A DNA stretch of 32,000 nucleotides. It comes from Granulicoccus sp. GXG6511 (GTDB lineage: Bacteria > Actinomycetota > Actinomycetes > Propionibacteriales > Propionibacteriaceae). The DNA lies in the NCBI RefSeq assembly GCF_050880385.1, contig NZ_JBNZCI010000002.1, positions 86,682-118,681 of the forward strand, given 5' to 3'. The position numbers and the translations under genes were made by a program. The notes under the pieces were generated by a model that worked only from the letters and a program-made list of their open reading frames with translations, had not been told where the DNA came from and searched no databases. Positions within the stretch are counted from its first letter, which is position 1. Every line of letters begins with the position of its first letter. Shown here in pieces: positions 17,932-26,542 of the stretch.

Positions 17932-18747
17932 ATGGGTGAATTCCTGATCGTCGTTCTTGTCGCCGTGCTCGTCATCGGAGGCGGCATCCTGGTCAGCCGA
18001 CGCGCCGCGCTCGCTCAACAGCAGCGTCAGCGGGCCGAGCTGGAATCCCAGGTCTCGGCGGTCAAGAAGGTCGCGGACGAGGATGTCACCAAGTTCGGTG
18101 AAGAGCTCCAGATGCTCGACACCGACGTCGCCGGTCACGCCCTCGACGAGGCCATGCAACAGGACTATGCCCGCGCGCTGGATGCCTATGAGGACGCGAA
18201 GGCCTCCCTCGATGCGGTGACCAAGCCCGACGAGATCAAGCACGTCACGGAGATCCTCGAGGACGGACGTTATGCGATCGCGTGCGTCAAGGCCCGCGTG
18301 GCCGGTCGCCCGCTCCCCCAGAAGCGTCCGCCGTGCTTCTTCAACCCCCAGCACGGGCCGTCGACCGAGAACGTGTCCTGGGCCCCTCCCGGCGGTTCCC
18401 CGCGCGAGGTGCCGGCGTGCGCCGCGGACGCCGAGCGCGTGAAGGTCGGCGCCGACCCCTATATCCGAACCGTTTCCGTCGGCGCCCAGCGCGTGCCCTA
18501 TTGGCAGGGTGGCCCGGCCTATCAGCCGTACGCACAGGGCTACTACAACAACTGGCGCGGTTCGGACATGCTCACCGGCATGATGCTGGGCGGCCTCCTG
18601 TTCGGTGGCGGCAACCTGTTCCAGGGTGTCGGTGAGGGCATCGGGGCCATCGGCGAAGGCATCGGTGGCATGTTCGAAGGCATCGGTGACGGCATCGGCG
18701 ATCTCGGCGAAGGCATCGGCGACATGTTCGGCGGATTCTTCGACTGA
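17932..18747 (+). CDS. hypothetical membrane-anchored protein with C-terminal (E/D)GIG repeats
   Basis: Starts MGEFLIVVLVAVLVIGGGILV (N-terminal TM), followed by a helical charged region and a PPCFFNPQHGPS motif. The Gly-rich tail reads GVGEGIGAIGEGIGGMFEGIGDGIGDLGEGIGDMFGGFFD. No family is recognised. Confidence 0.6.
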   Translation: MGEFLIVVLVAVLVIGGGILVSRRAALAQQQRQRAELESQVSAVKKVADEDVTKFGEELQMLDTDVAGHALDEAMQQDYARALDAYEDAKASLDAVTKPDEIKHVTEILEDGRYAIACVKARVAGRPLPQKRPPCFFNPQHGPSTENVSWAPPGGSPREVPACAADAERVKVGADPYIRTVSVGAQRVPYWQGGPAYQPYAQGYYNNWRGSDMLTGMMLGGLLFGGGNLFQGVGEGIGAIGEGIGGMFEGIGDGIGDLGEGIGDMFGGFFD

Positions 18748-18761
18748 GCCCGCCCGCGGGG

Positions 18762-19733
18762 TCACACCGACACCGTGTGTGCCTCCATCGCCGTCAGGAA
18801 CTCCGCGACCCCCAGATTCAGCTTGATCGTGGCGAGCTGATCGCCCCGGGTTTCGCCGCGGTTGACGATCACCACGGGCCGGTCGGCCTTGACCGCACGG
18901 TGCACGAACCGCAGCCCCGACATCACCGTCAGCGATGAACCCAGGACGAGCAGCACGTCAGCGGCCTCGACGATGTCGAAGCATGCCTGCACCCGCGGCT
19001 TGGGCACGGATTCCCCAAAGAACACGACGTCCGGCTTGAGAATGCCGCCACAGGTCGGACAGTCGGGAAACACGAAGCCCTGCCAGTCCGACACCACCGC
19101 GTCACCATCCGGCCGCAGCTCGGCGTGGCCCGCCTCCGGATCGAGTGCCGCGTCGGGATTCAGCCGCGCGAGCTCATCCTGGAACGCTGCTCGGCTGGTC
19201 ACGGCCGCACACCCCAGACACACCACGTCGGCGATCCGTCCGTGCAGCGCGATGAGGTTGGCGCTGCCGGCGGCTTCGTGCAGTCCGTCGACATTCTGGG
19301 TGATCACGCCCCGCACGCGGCCGTGGGTCTCGAGCCGGGCCAGCACCTCGTGCGCCGCGTTCGGGTGGGCCTGGCCCATGCGGGCCCAGCCCTTGAACGC
19401 CCGCGCCCAATAGCGCCGCCGGTTCTCGGCCGAGGTCACGAACTCGTCATAGAGCATCGGGGTCGCCTGTGGGGAACTGGGACCGCGATAATCGGGGATC
19501 CCCGAATCCGTGCTCATGCCGGCCCCGGTGAGCACCGCGACCGTCTCGGTCGTGGCGATCAGGTCGAGCGCACGTCGGATCTCGGCCGGCGTCGCGTCAT
19601 GATGCCCCGGATTGTGTGCCTGCGGGCCCATCTTCGGCAACCGCACGATCGGCGGCCGCAACGCGGGCACGCCGTCCACCGTCGCGGCGGAGTCCGCTCG
19701 CCGACCCGATCCGATCGATTTCGCCGTGCTCAT
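18762..19733 (-). CDS. NAD-dependent protein deacylase/ADP-ribosyltransferase, Sir2 family class II (SIRT4-like)
   Basis: Motifs: GAGMSTDSGIPDYRGP, RRRYWARAFKGW, QNVDGLHEAAGS, the zinc ribbon CLGC...CPTCGG, KPDVVFFGE and GSSLTVMSGLRF. From memory the similarity to SIRT4-type sirtuins runs along the whole core. The ATG lies 2 nt after the upstream stop. An internal ATG (MGPQAH, at 19631) is an alternative start. Confidence 0.85.
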   Translation of the reverse strand: MSTAKSIGSGRRADSAATVDGVPALRPPIVRLPKMGPQAHNPGHHDATPAEIRRALDLIATTETVAVLTGAGMSTDSGIPDYRGPSSPQATPMLYDEFVTSAENRRRYWARAFKGWARMGQAHPNAAHEVLARLETHGRVRGVITQNVDGLHEAAGSANLIALHGRIADVVCLGCAAVTSRAAFQDELARLNPDAALDPEAGHAELRPDGDAVVSDWQGFVFPDCPTCGGILKPDVVFFGESVPKPRVQACFDIVEAADVLLVLGSSLTVMSGLRFVHRAVKADRPVVIVNRGETRGDQLATIKLNLGVAEFLTAMEAHTVSV

Positions 19734-19735
19734 GG

Positions 19736-21160
19736 TCAGACGTGGATCTGCTTGCCGACCTGGTCGGTCGAGTGGCCGTGCAAGCGTCGCGCGGCCTCGG
19801 CGATGGATCCCGAAAGCGACGGATAGACCGTGAAGTCCTTGGCGAAGCTGTCGACGGTGATCTTCTCCGACACGGCAAGCGAAATCGCGTGGATCAACTC
19901 GCTGGCGTGCGGAGAGACCACCACGCCCCCGACGATGATGCCGGTCAGCGGGAGACAGAAGAGCTTGACGAAACCGTCCTGGATGCCCTGCATCTTGGCG
20001 CGCGCGTTTCCGGCGAGCGGCAGTGTGATCGCCACTGCCCTGGCCTCGCCGGAGTCGACTTGGGCCTGCGTGATGCCGACCGTCGCGATCTCGGGTGACG
20101 TGAACACGTTCGACGACACCACGCCCGTGTCCAGCGGCGCCACGGCGTCACCGAGGGCGTGGCGCATCGCGATCCGGCCCTGCATCGCAGCGACCGAGGC
20201 CAACGCGAGAACCCCGGTGCAGTCGCCCGCGGCGTACACCCCCCGGGCCGTCGTCCGCGACACCTTGTCGACGATCACATAGCCTCGCTCGTCCAGCTTG
20301 ACCCCCGCTCCGGGCAGCCCCATGTCCTTGGTGTTCGGGATCGAGCCCACCGCCATCAGACAATGCGATCCCGTCACGCTGCGGCCATCGGCCAGGTGCA
20401 CGGTCACCGAATCACCGTCCCGGGTGACCGACTCCGCCCGGGCCTCGGACAGCACGTTCATCCCGCGCCGCTCGAACACGTCCTGGAGCACGCGCGCCGC
20501 GTCGGGGTCCTCCCCCGGCAGAACGGTCGTGCGGGAGGAGACGAGGGTGACGGAGACGCCGATCGCGTCGTACGCATTCGCAAACTCGGCACCGGTCACA
20601 CCCGAGCCGACCACGATCAGGTGCTCCGGGAGTTCGGTGAGGTCATAGACCTGGGTCCACGTCAGGATCCGCTCCCCGTCGGGCTGAGCCGTCGGCATCT
20701 CGCGCGGATGGGTGCCCGTCGCGATAAGGACCGCGTCCGCCGGGAACTTCTTCTCCCCCTCGGCTGTGTCGGCGATGACCTCGTCGACGCCATTGAGGCG
20801 ACCACGGCCACGCACGATGGTGACGCCCTCAGCCTGGAGCTTCTCGTGGATGTCGTGCGACTGCGCGGCCGCGAGGGCGAGCACCCGCTTGTTCACCGTG
20901 TCGAGGTCGATGTGCAGACCCTTCCCGGGCGCGTCGTCGCCGATGCGGACCCCGAGTTCCTCGGAGCCGCGCACGGTCATCATGACCTCGGCGGTCGCGA
21001 TCAGTGTCTTCGACGGCACGCAGTCGGTGAGCACCGCCGATCCGCCCAGCCCATCCGTGTCGATCAGTGTCACCTGACCACCCAGCTGCTGGGCCACCAG
21101 GGCCGCCTCATATCCACCCGGTCCGCCACCAATGATCACGACTCGATTCACATCGGCCAT
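19736..21160 (-). CDS. lpdA: pyridine nucleotide-disulfide oxidoreductase, LpdA (Rv3303c)-like NAD(P)H quinone reductase type
   Basis: The 474 aa product has the FAD fold VVIIGGGPGGYEAA and the NAD fold VVGSGVTGAEFA. It also has a C-terminal dimerisation domain. The usual CxxxxC redox disulfide is reduced to a single Cys (GGSAVLTDCVPSK), as in the non-canonical mycobacterial LpdA. Confidence 0.8.
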   Translation of the reverse strand: MADVNRVVIIGGGPGGYEAALVAQQLGGQVTLIDTDGLGGSAVLTDCVPSKTLIATAEVMMTVRGSEELGVRIGDDAPGKGLHIDLDTVNKRVLALAAAQSHDIHEKLQAEGVTIVRGRGRLNGVDEVIADTAEGEKKFPADAVLIATGTHPREMPTAQPDGERILTWTQVYDLTELPEHLIVVGSGVTGAEFANAYDAIGVSVTLVSSRTTVLPGEDPDAARVLQDVFERRGMNVLSEARAESVTRDGDSVTVHLADGRSVTGSHCLMAVGSIPNTKDMGLPGAGVKLDERGYVIVDKVSRTTARGVYAAGDCTGVLALASVAAMQGRIAMRHALGDAVAPLDTGVVSSNVFTSPEIATVGITQAQVDSGEARAVAITLPLAGNARAKMQGIQDGFVKLFCLPLTGIIVGGVVVSPHASELIHAISLAVSEKITVDSFAKDFTVYPSLSGSIAEAARRLHGHSTDQVGKQIHV

Positions 21161-21169
21161 TCTTCCACG

Positions 21170-21194
21170 CGGCCACGACAGAAATGGGTGGCCG
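21170..21194 (-). terminator. hairpin between xthA stop and the lpdA-like start
   Basis: cggccac / 11-nt loop / gtggccg forms a 7-bp stem directly abutting the xthA stop codon. There is no U-tract. Confidence 0.3.
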
Positions 21195-22055
21195 TCACTC
21201 CTGCGGCAAGCGCACCGATCCGGATCTCGCCGGTTTGGCCGACGGCGGCGGGATCATGGGCCCGATGTCCCCGTCGGGTGCCTCGTCGAGATCGACGATC
21301 ACCGGCGCGTGATCGCTGGGGCCTTTCCCCTTCCGCGCCTCCCGGTCGATCCAGGCTGCCTCGACGCGAGCAGCGAGCGGCGCACTCGCCAGGATCAGAT
21401 CGATCCGCATGCCCAGGTTCTTGTGAAACATGCCGGCGCGATAATCCCAATAGGAATACACGGCTTCCTCCGGCCAGCGCACCCGCACAACGTCCACCAG
21501 CCCAAGCGCCAGGAACGCCTCGAGCGCCGCCCGTTCCGGCGGTGTCACGTGCGTGTGCCCCACATATGCGGCCGGGTCGAACACGTCGGCATCGGTCGGT
21601 GCGATATTGAAATCCCCGCACAGCAACACGTCCGGCCCGTCCGCCGCGACCACGTCGCGCAGGGCGGCCAGCCACTGGAGCTTGTACGCGTAATGATCCG
21701 AATCCGGAACGCGGCCGTTGGGCACATAGAGGCTGTGCACGCGTACGCCCCCGCACACCCCGCTGATCGCCCGCGCCTCGAGGTCCGGGAAACCCGGGGC
21801 TCCGGTGAACCCGAACCGCACGTCGGTCAGCCCCATCCGCGACAACAGCGCCACTCCGTTCCAGGCGCTCTGGCCGGCGTGTGCGAACTCATAGCCGAGT
21901 TCCCCGAGCGGCTCCGCGAACAAGTCCGCGAACGCCTCGTCGGTGAGCTTCGTCTCTTGGAGACAGACCACGTCGGGACGGCGCTGCTCCAGCCAGGGCA
22001 GGAGTCGCGGCGCCCGTTGCTTCGCCGAATTCACGTTCCAAGTAGCGATCCGCAC
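21195..22055 (-). CDS. xthA: exodeoxyribonuclease III (AP endonuclease)
   Basis: Motifs: VRIATWNVNSAKQR...DVVCLQETK...NGVALLSR...VHSLYVPNG...LLCGDFNIAP...WDYR...GMRIDLILAS...PSDHAPVIVDL. GTG at 22053-22055 gives the canonical (M)RIATWNVNS N-terminus. The track ATG at 22142 would overlap the divergent punA start. Confidence 0.88.
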   Translation of the reverse strand: MRIATWNVNSAKQRAPRLLPWLEQRRPDVVCLQETKLTDEAFADLFAEPLGELGYEFAHAGQSAWNGVALLSRMGLTDVRFGFTGAPGFPDLEARAISGVCGGVRVHSLYVPNGRVPDSDHYAYKLQWLAALRDVVAADGPDVLLCGDFNIAPTDADVFDPAAYVGHTHVTPPERAALEAFLALGLVDVVRVRWPEEAVYSYWDYRAGMFHKNLGMRIDLILASAPLAARVEAAWIDREARKGKGPSDHAPVIVDLDEAPDGDIGPMIPPPSAKPARSGSVRLPQE

Positions 22056-22100
22056 ACCGCCGAGACTACTCGGCCGCCCGGCGGCGAGGGAGCCATCACG

Positions 22101-22949
22101 ATGTCGGGGCCGGTTCGTATGATGACCGGCGTGAACGGACATCCCACGGTCGATCCCACGGCCTTCGAGACCGCAGCCGCTGCCGCCGCCGCCCTGAAGG
22201 ACCGATTCGGGATCCCGGCGCTCGATCTCGCACTCGTCCTCGGCTCGGGCTGGTCATCGGCGGCCGACGACTTGGGCGAGCCGCTCGGAGCCTGCGATCT
22301 GGCCGACCTCCCGGGCTTTACCGCCCCTGTTGTCGCCGGGCACGGCGGTGCGCTGCGGGTGGTGCGCACGCCCGCCGGCAAGGTCGCGGCGATTCTGACC
22401 GGCCGGACCCATTTCTATGAGGGTCGAGGCGTGGATGCGGTGGCTCATGGAGTACGCACGGTGGCCGCTGCGGGCGCTTCCACCCTGCTCCTCACCAACG
22501 GCTGTGGCTCGCTGAACCCCGAGTGGCCTCCCGGCCAGCCCGTGCTGCTGAAGGACCACATCAACCTGACTGGGGAGACACCCCTGCGCGGCGCCACGTT
22601 CGTGGACCTGTCCGAGGCCTATGCGCCGCGGCTGCGCGAGATCGCGCGCACGGTCGACCCGACGCTCCCCGAGGGCGTTTACGTGCAGTTCCGGGGACCG
22701 CAATACGAAACCCCGGCCGAGGTCCGAATGGCCGGCATTCTCGGCGGCGATCTCGTCGGGATGTCGACCACGCTCGAAACGATCGCCGCGAGGGCGGTCG
22801 GGCTCGAGGTGCTCGGGCTGTCACTGGTGACCAACGCGGCCGCTGGGACGAGCGACGAATTGCTCGATCACGCCGAGGTGATCGAGGCCGGCCGGGCTGC
22901 CGCGCCCCGGCTGGCGGCACTGTTGCGCGGGCTTGTGGAGGTGCTGTGA
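22101..22949 (+). CDS. punA: purine nucleoside phosphorylase (trimeric PunA type)
   Basis: Motifs: LVLGSGW, GHGGALRV, LTGRTHFYEG, FRGPQYETPAEVRM, GGDLVGMSTTLETI, LVTNAAAG. The SD GAGGGAG sits 8 nt before the ATG at 22101. The upstream part of track ORF 21132..22949 is antisense to xthA. Confidence 0.9.
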   Translation: MSGPVRMMTGVNGHPTVDPTAFETAAAAAAALKDRFGIPALDLALVLGSGWSSAADDLGEPLGACDLADLPGFTAPVVAGHGGALRVVRTPAGKVAAILTGRTHFYEGRGVDAVAHGVRTVAAAGASTLLLTNGCGSLNPEWPPGQPVLLKDHINLTGETPLRGATFVDLSEAYAPRLREIARTVDPTLPEGVYVQFRGPQYETPAEVRMAGILGGDLVGMSTTLETIAARAVGLEVLGLSLVTNAAAGTSDELLDHAEVIEAGRAAAPRLAALLRGLVEVL

Positions 22950-24607
22950 TGACCGTGACCCCGGAGGCGCTGGCCGCCGCGAAGAAGTGGCGAAGCCAGG
23001 ATCCCGATCCCGACACCAAGGCCGAGCTCGCGGCGCTGCTGGAGCGGGCCGAGGCCGGCGATCAGGCCGCTGGCGCGGAGCTCAACGACTCCTTTTCCGG
23101 GATGCTGGAGTTCGGCACCGCTGGCCTGCGCGGCAAGCTCGGGCCGGGCCCGAACCGGATGAACCGGTTGATGGTGGCCTACGCCGCCGCCGGCGTGGGT
23201 TCCTATCTCAAGCAACTCGCGCTGTTCGGGAACGTGCTGATCGGCTATGACGCGCGACACAAGTCCGCCGACTTCGCGCGCGAGAGCGCGGAGATCATCG
23301 GCGGTCTCGGGTTCCATTCGATGCTCACCAGCGAACCGATGCCGACTCCGGTCATCGCCTTCGGCATCAAGCACCTCGACTGCAACGCGGGGATCGTGGT
23401 CACCGCCTCCCACAACCCGCCGGCGGACAACGGATACAAGGTCTATCTCGGCGATGGTGTGCAGATCGTGGCCCCGCACGATGAACGGATTGCCGCTGGA
23501 CTGCTGCGGACCTCCAAGAAACCCCTCTTCATGCTCCACCGTTCCACCGACCACCACATGATCGGCGAAGAGCTGGTCGAGGCATACCTCGAGCGGGTCG
23601 CCCGCCTCGTCGGCAATGCCGGCCCACGCAACCTCTCCTGGGTCCACACGGCGTTGCACGGGGTGGGCGCCAAGGTGGTCCGGCAGGTCGCCGACCGGTT
23701 GGGTTTCGCGCCGCCCCTCGAGGTGGCGGCGCAGGCCGAGCCGGATCCTGACTTCCCGACGGTCGCCTTCCCCAACCCGGAGGAGCCGGGTGCGCTCGAC
23801 CTCGCGATGGCCCTTGCCCAGGAACGCGGTGCGGACCTGATCGTCGCCAATGACCCGGACGCGGACCGTTGCGCGGTGGCGATCCCCGACGGGCTGGGCG
23901 ACTGGCGGATGCTGCACGGCAACGAGTTGGGCATCCTGCTGGGCGACTATCTTGCGCGCCGGGGAGTGACCGGTGTCTATGCGACCACGATCGTGTCCGG
24001 CACGATGCTCGCGAAGATCGCCGCGGCCCACGGGCAGCGGTCCGCACTGACGCTGACCGGGTTCAAGTGGATCGCGCGGGTGCCGGAGTTGGCCTATGGC
24101 TATGAGGAAGCCCTGGGCTATTGCTGCGACCCCGAAGGGGTCTCCGACAAGGACGGCATCTCTGCCGCGGCCCTCGTGCTCGCGATGGCCGCCGAGGAGA
24201 AGGCGGCCGGGCGGACGCTGGCAGACCGGCTCGACCAGCTGGCGCTGGAGCACGGCGTGCACCTGAGCGACCAGCTGTCGGTGCGCGTTGAGGACCTCAC
24301 GGTGATCGCCACCGCGATGGCGCGACTGCGTGCCGAGCCCCCGGCGGAGCTGTGTGGCGAACCGATCGCTGTCGTGGACTATGCCGAGGGCGTCGACGGT
24401 CTGCCCCTGACCGATGCGATCCAGTTGCGCGGTGAAACCGTCACGGCCACCGTGCGACCATCGGGCACCGAACCGAAGTTGAAGTGCTATTTCGAGACCC
24501 GGGTCGCCCCCGAGGTGACCGCCCGGGATCTGGCGGGGTCGAAGTCAGAAGCTGCCGGCCTGATGGTTCGGCTCAAGGAGGACGTGCAGGCCGCGCTGGG
24601 GCTCTGA
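22949..24607 (+). CDS. phospho-sugar mutase (alpha-D-phosphohexomutase superfamily, PmmB/PGM2-like; possibly phosphopentomutase function)
   Basis: Has FGTAGLRG, the active-site loop GIVVTASHNPPADNGYKVY, the metal site ANDPDADRC and the C-terminal RPSGTEPKLK. The start overlaps the punA stop (TGATG). As I recall, M. tuberculosis has the same deoD-pmmB pairing. Confidence 0.88.
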   Translation: MTVTPEALAAAKKWRSQDPDPDTKAELAALLERAEAGDQAAGAELNDSFSGMLEFGTAGLRGKLGPGPNRMNRLMVAYAAAGVGSYLKQLALFGNVLIGYDARHKSADFARESAEIIGGLGFHSMLTSEPMPTPVIAFGIKHLDCNAGIVVTASHNPPADNGYKVYLGDGVQIVAPHDERIAAGLLRTSKKPLFMLHRSTDHHMIGEELVEAYLERVARLVGNAGPRNLSWVHTALHGVGAKVVRQVADRLGFAPPLEVAAQAEPDPDFPTVAFPNPEEPGALDLAMALAQERGADLIVANDPDADRCAVAIPDGLGDWRMLHGNELGILLGDYLARRGVTGVYATTIVSGTMLAKIAAAHGQRSALTLTGFKWIARVPELAYGYEEALGYCCDPEGVSDKDGISAAALVLAMAAEEKAAGRTLADRLDQLALEHGVHLSDQLSVRVEDLTVIATAMARLRAEPPAELCGEPIAVVDYAEGVDGLPLTDAIQLRGETVTATVRPSGTEPKLKCYFETRVAPEVTARDLAGSKSEAAGLMVRLKEDVQAALGL

Positions 24608-24646
24608 CGGGGAGACCCCAAGCGCCCAGACGAGGTCGATCCTGGA

Positions 24647-26437
24647 TCAGACCTGGATGGGCGCCCACTCCGGGCCGGTCTCGCCGAGCTTGTCGTCCAG
24701 CTTGGCGAACAGCGGCGACGGCTTGGCGAGCGGCTGACCGGCCTTGATCGGCCGGGATTCCCAGACGGCCTGCTGATCGGTGTAGTCCCCCGTGATCACC
24801 GGATAGTCCGAGTTGCCCTCCTCGGACACTTCGCGGACCTCCGGCTGCGCGGCCCAGACCCCTTCGCCGCCGAGGGCCTCGAAGACCTTCTGCGAGGCGT
24901 GCGGCAGGAACGGCGTCATCATCGTGTTCACGTCGGAGACGACCTGCAGCGCGGTGTGCAGGACAGTGTCGCGCCGGGCCGGATCCTCCTTGAGCTTCCA
25001 GGGCTCGGTCTCGGACAGATAGCGGTTGGCCGCGCCGGCGATGCGCATCGCCTCGCTGACGGCGTTCTTGAACTTGTTGCGGCGCAGCAGGTCCCCGACG
25101 GTGGAGAAGCCGGCCTTGGAGGTCTCCAGGAGCTGCGCGTCGACCGCGTGCACCTCACCGAGCTCGGGCACTCCCCCGTTGTTCTTGTGTGCCATGGAGA
25201 TCGACCGGTTGACGAGGTTGCCCCACTCGTTGGCGAGCTCATTGTTGGTGCGACGCACGAACTCCTCCCAGGTGAAGTCCGTGTCATTGTTCTCCGGACC
25301 GGCGACCGCGATGAAATAGCGCAGCGCATCCGGACCGAAGTCCTTGAGGAAGTCGGTGACATAGATGACCGTGCCGCGTGAGGTGGAGAATTTGGAGCCG
25401 GACATCGTCAGATATTCCGATGACACGACCTCTGTCGGCAGGTTCAACCGCTGGCCGAACACCTCGGGCCCACCGCCGCGGTTGCCCTCGCCGTTCACGC
25501 CGAGGAGCATCGACGGCCAGATCACCGAGTGGAAGACGATGTTGTCCTTGCCCATGAAGTAATAGCTGAGCGCCTCAGGATCGCACCACCACTTGCGCCA
25601 GGCGTCCGGGTCACCCGAGCGGCGCGCCCACTCGACCGACGCCGAGAGATAGCCGATGACCGCATCGAACCAGACATAGAGCCGCTTCATCGGCTGGTCG
25701 CGCCAGCCGTCGAGCGGGATCGGTACGCCCCAGTCCAGGTCGCGCGTGATCGCTCGCGGGCGCAGGTCCTCGATGAGGTTCTGCGAGAACTTCAGGACGT
25801 TGGGCCGCCAGTCGGTGCGCTGTGACAGCCAGGAGCCGAGCGAATCCGCCAGGGCCGGCAGGTCGAGGAAGAAGTGCTCGGTTTCCACGAACTCCGGGGT
25901 CTCACCGTTGATGCGCGAGCGGGGATTCTTCAGGTCGACCGGATCGAGCTGGTTGCCGCAGTTGTCGCACTGGTCGCCCCGCGCGCCGTCATCGCCGCAG
26001 AGCGGACAGGTGCCCTCGATATAGCGGTCCGGCAGCGTCCGTCCGGTCGACGGGCTGATGGCACCCTTGGTGGGCTTCGCGATCGCGTACCCGTTGTCGA
26101 ACAATCCCCGGAACACGTCCTGGGTGACCCGATAGTGATTCTGGGTCGTCGTGCGGGTGAACAGGTCATAGGACAAGCCGAGACCGTGGAGGTCGTCGAC
26201 GATGACGCGGTTGTACTTGTCCGCCAACTGGCGCGTCGTCATGCCTTCCTTCTCGGCCTGGACCGAGATCGGGGTGCCGTGCTCATCGGTGCCCGAGACC
26301 ATCAGCACGTCGTGGCCCGACATGCGCATGAAGCGCGAGAACACATCGGACGGAACCCCGAAACCGGAGACGTGACCGATGTGGCGGGGGCCGTTGGCAT
26401 AGGGCCAGGCGACGGAGGTCAGGACATGAGCGCACAT
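24647..26437 (-). CDS. metG: methionine--tRNA ligase
   Basis: Has [12 protein letters not shown] (HIGH motif), the zinc knuckle [18 protein letters not shown], and KFSTSRG (KMSKS variant). The anticodon-binding helical domain is present. The ATG at 26435-26437 ([13 protein letters not shown]) is preferred over the track TTG at 26500. Confidence 0.92.
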   Translation of the reverse strand: MCAHVLTSVAWPYANGPRHIGHVSGFGVPSDVFSRFMRMSGHDVLMVSGTDEHGTPISVQAEKEGMTTRQLADKYNRVIVDDLHGLGLSYDLFTRTTTQNHYRVTQDVFRGLFDNGYAIAKPTKGAISPSTGRTLPDRYIEGTCPLCGDDGARGDQCDNCGNQLDPVDLKNPRSRINGETPEFVETEHFFLDLPALADSLGSWLSQRTDWRPNVLKFSQNLIEDLRPRAITRDLDWGVPIPLDGWRDQPMKRLYVWFDAVIGYLSASVEWARRSGDPDAWRKWWCDPEALSYYFMGKDNIVFHSVIWPSMLLGVNGEGNRGGGPEVFGQRLNLPTEVVSSEYLTMSGSKFSTSRGTVIYVTDFLKDFGPDALRYFIAVAGPENNDTDFTWEEFVRRTNNELANEWGNLVNRSISMAHKNNGGVPELGEVHAVDAQLLETSKAGFSTVGDLLRRNKFKNAVSEAMRIAGAANRYLSETEPWKLKEDPARRDTVLHTALQVVSDVNTMMTPFLPHASQKVFEALGGEGVWAAQPEVREVSEEGNSDYPVITGDYTDQQAVWESRPIKAGQPLAKPSPLFAKLDDKLGETGPEWAPIQV

Positions 26438-26512
26438 GGGCGTCACTCTAGTGGCCTCAGCGATGTGCTCATGTCCGCCCGAATCGTCACGGGCGGTCAA
26501 CCGGTGCGGAGC

Positions 26513-26541
26513 ATCGGTCAGCGCCCTCGGGGGTGACCGAT
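26513..26541 (-). terminator. GC-rich hairpin immediately after the selB stop
   Basis: atcggtca / gcgccctcggggg / tgaccgat forms an 8-bp perfect stem, with further C-G pairs possible in the loop. It ends 1 nt from the selB stop codon. A second hairpin, ccgcccg-N8-cgggcgg, lies at 26475-26496. Neither has a U-tract. Confidence 0.4.
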
Positions 26542-26542
26542 C

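Noticed and set aside
13419-17987. 1522-aa minus-strand ORF, the longest in the track
   Set aside because: It is exactly antisense to qNOR, the intergenic spacer and accA3, both of which have unmistakable family motifs. Its translation is Arg/Gly/Asp/His-rich low-complexity sequence with no recognisable domain. It ends where the AT-richer qNOR upstream region begins. This is a typical high-GC shadow ORF.
21132-22100. Upstream 323 codons of track ORF 21132..22949 (punA)
   Set aside because: It is antisense to xthA and has no PNP-like sequence. A good SD and ATG at 22101 give a normal-length PNP.
26438-26542. T-box or other leader upstream of metG
   Set aside because: There is no specifier-loop or T-box consensus, and the spacer is too short for a T-box leader. 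It holds only two plain hairpins, reported separately.
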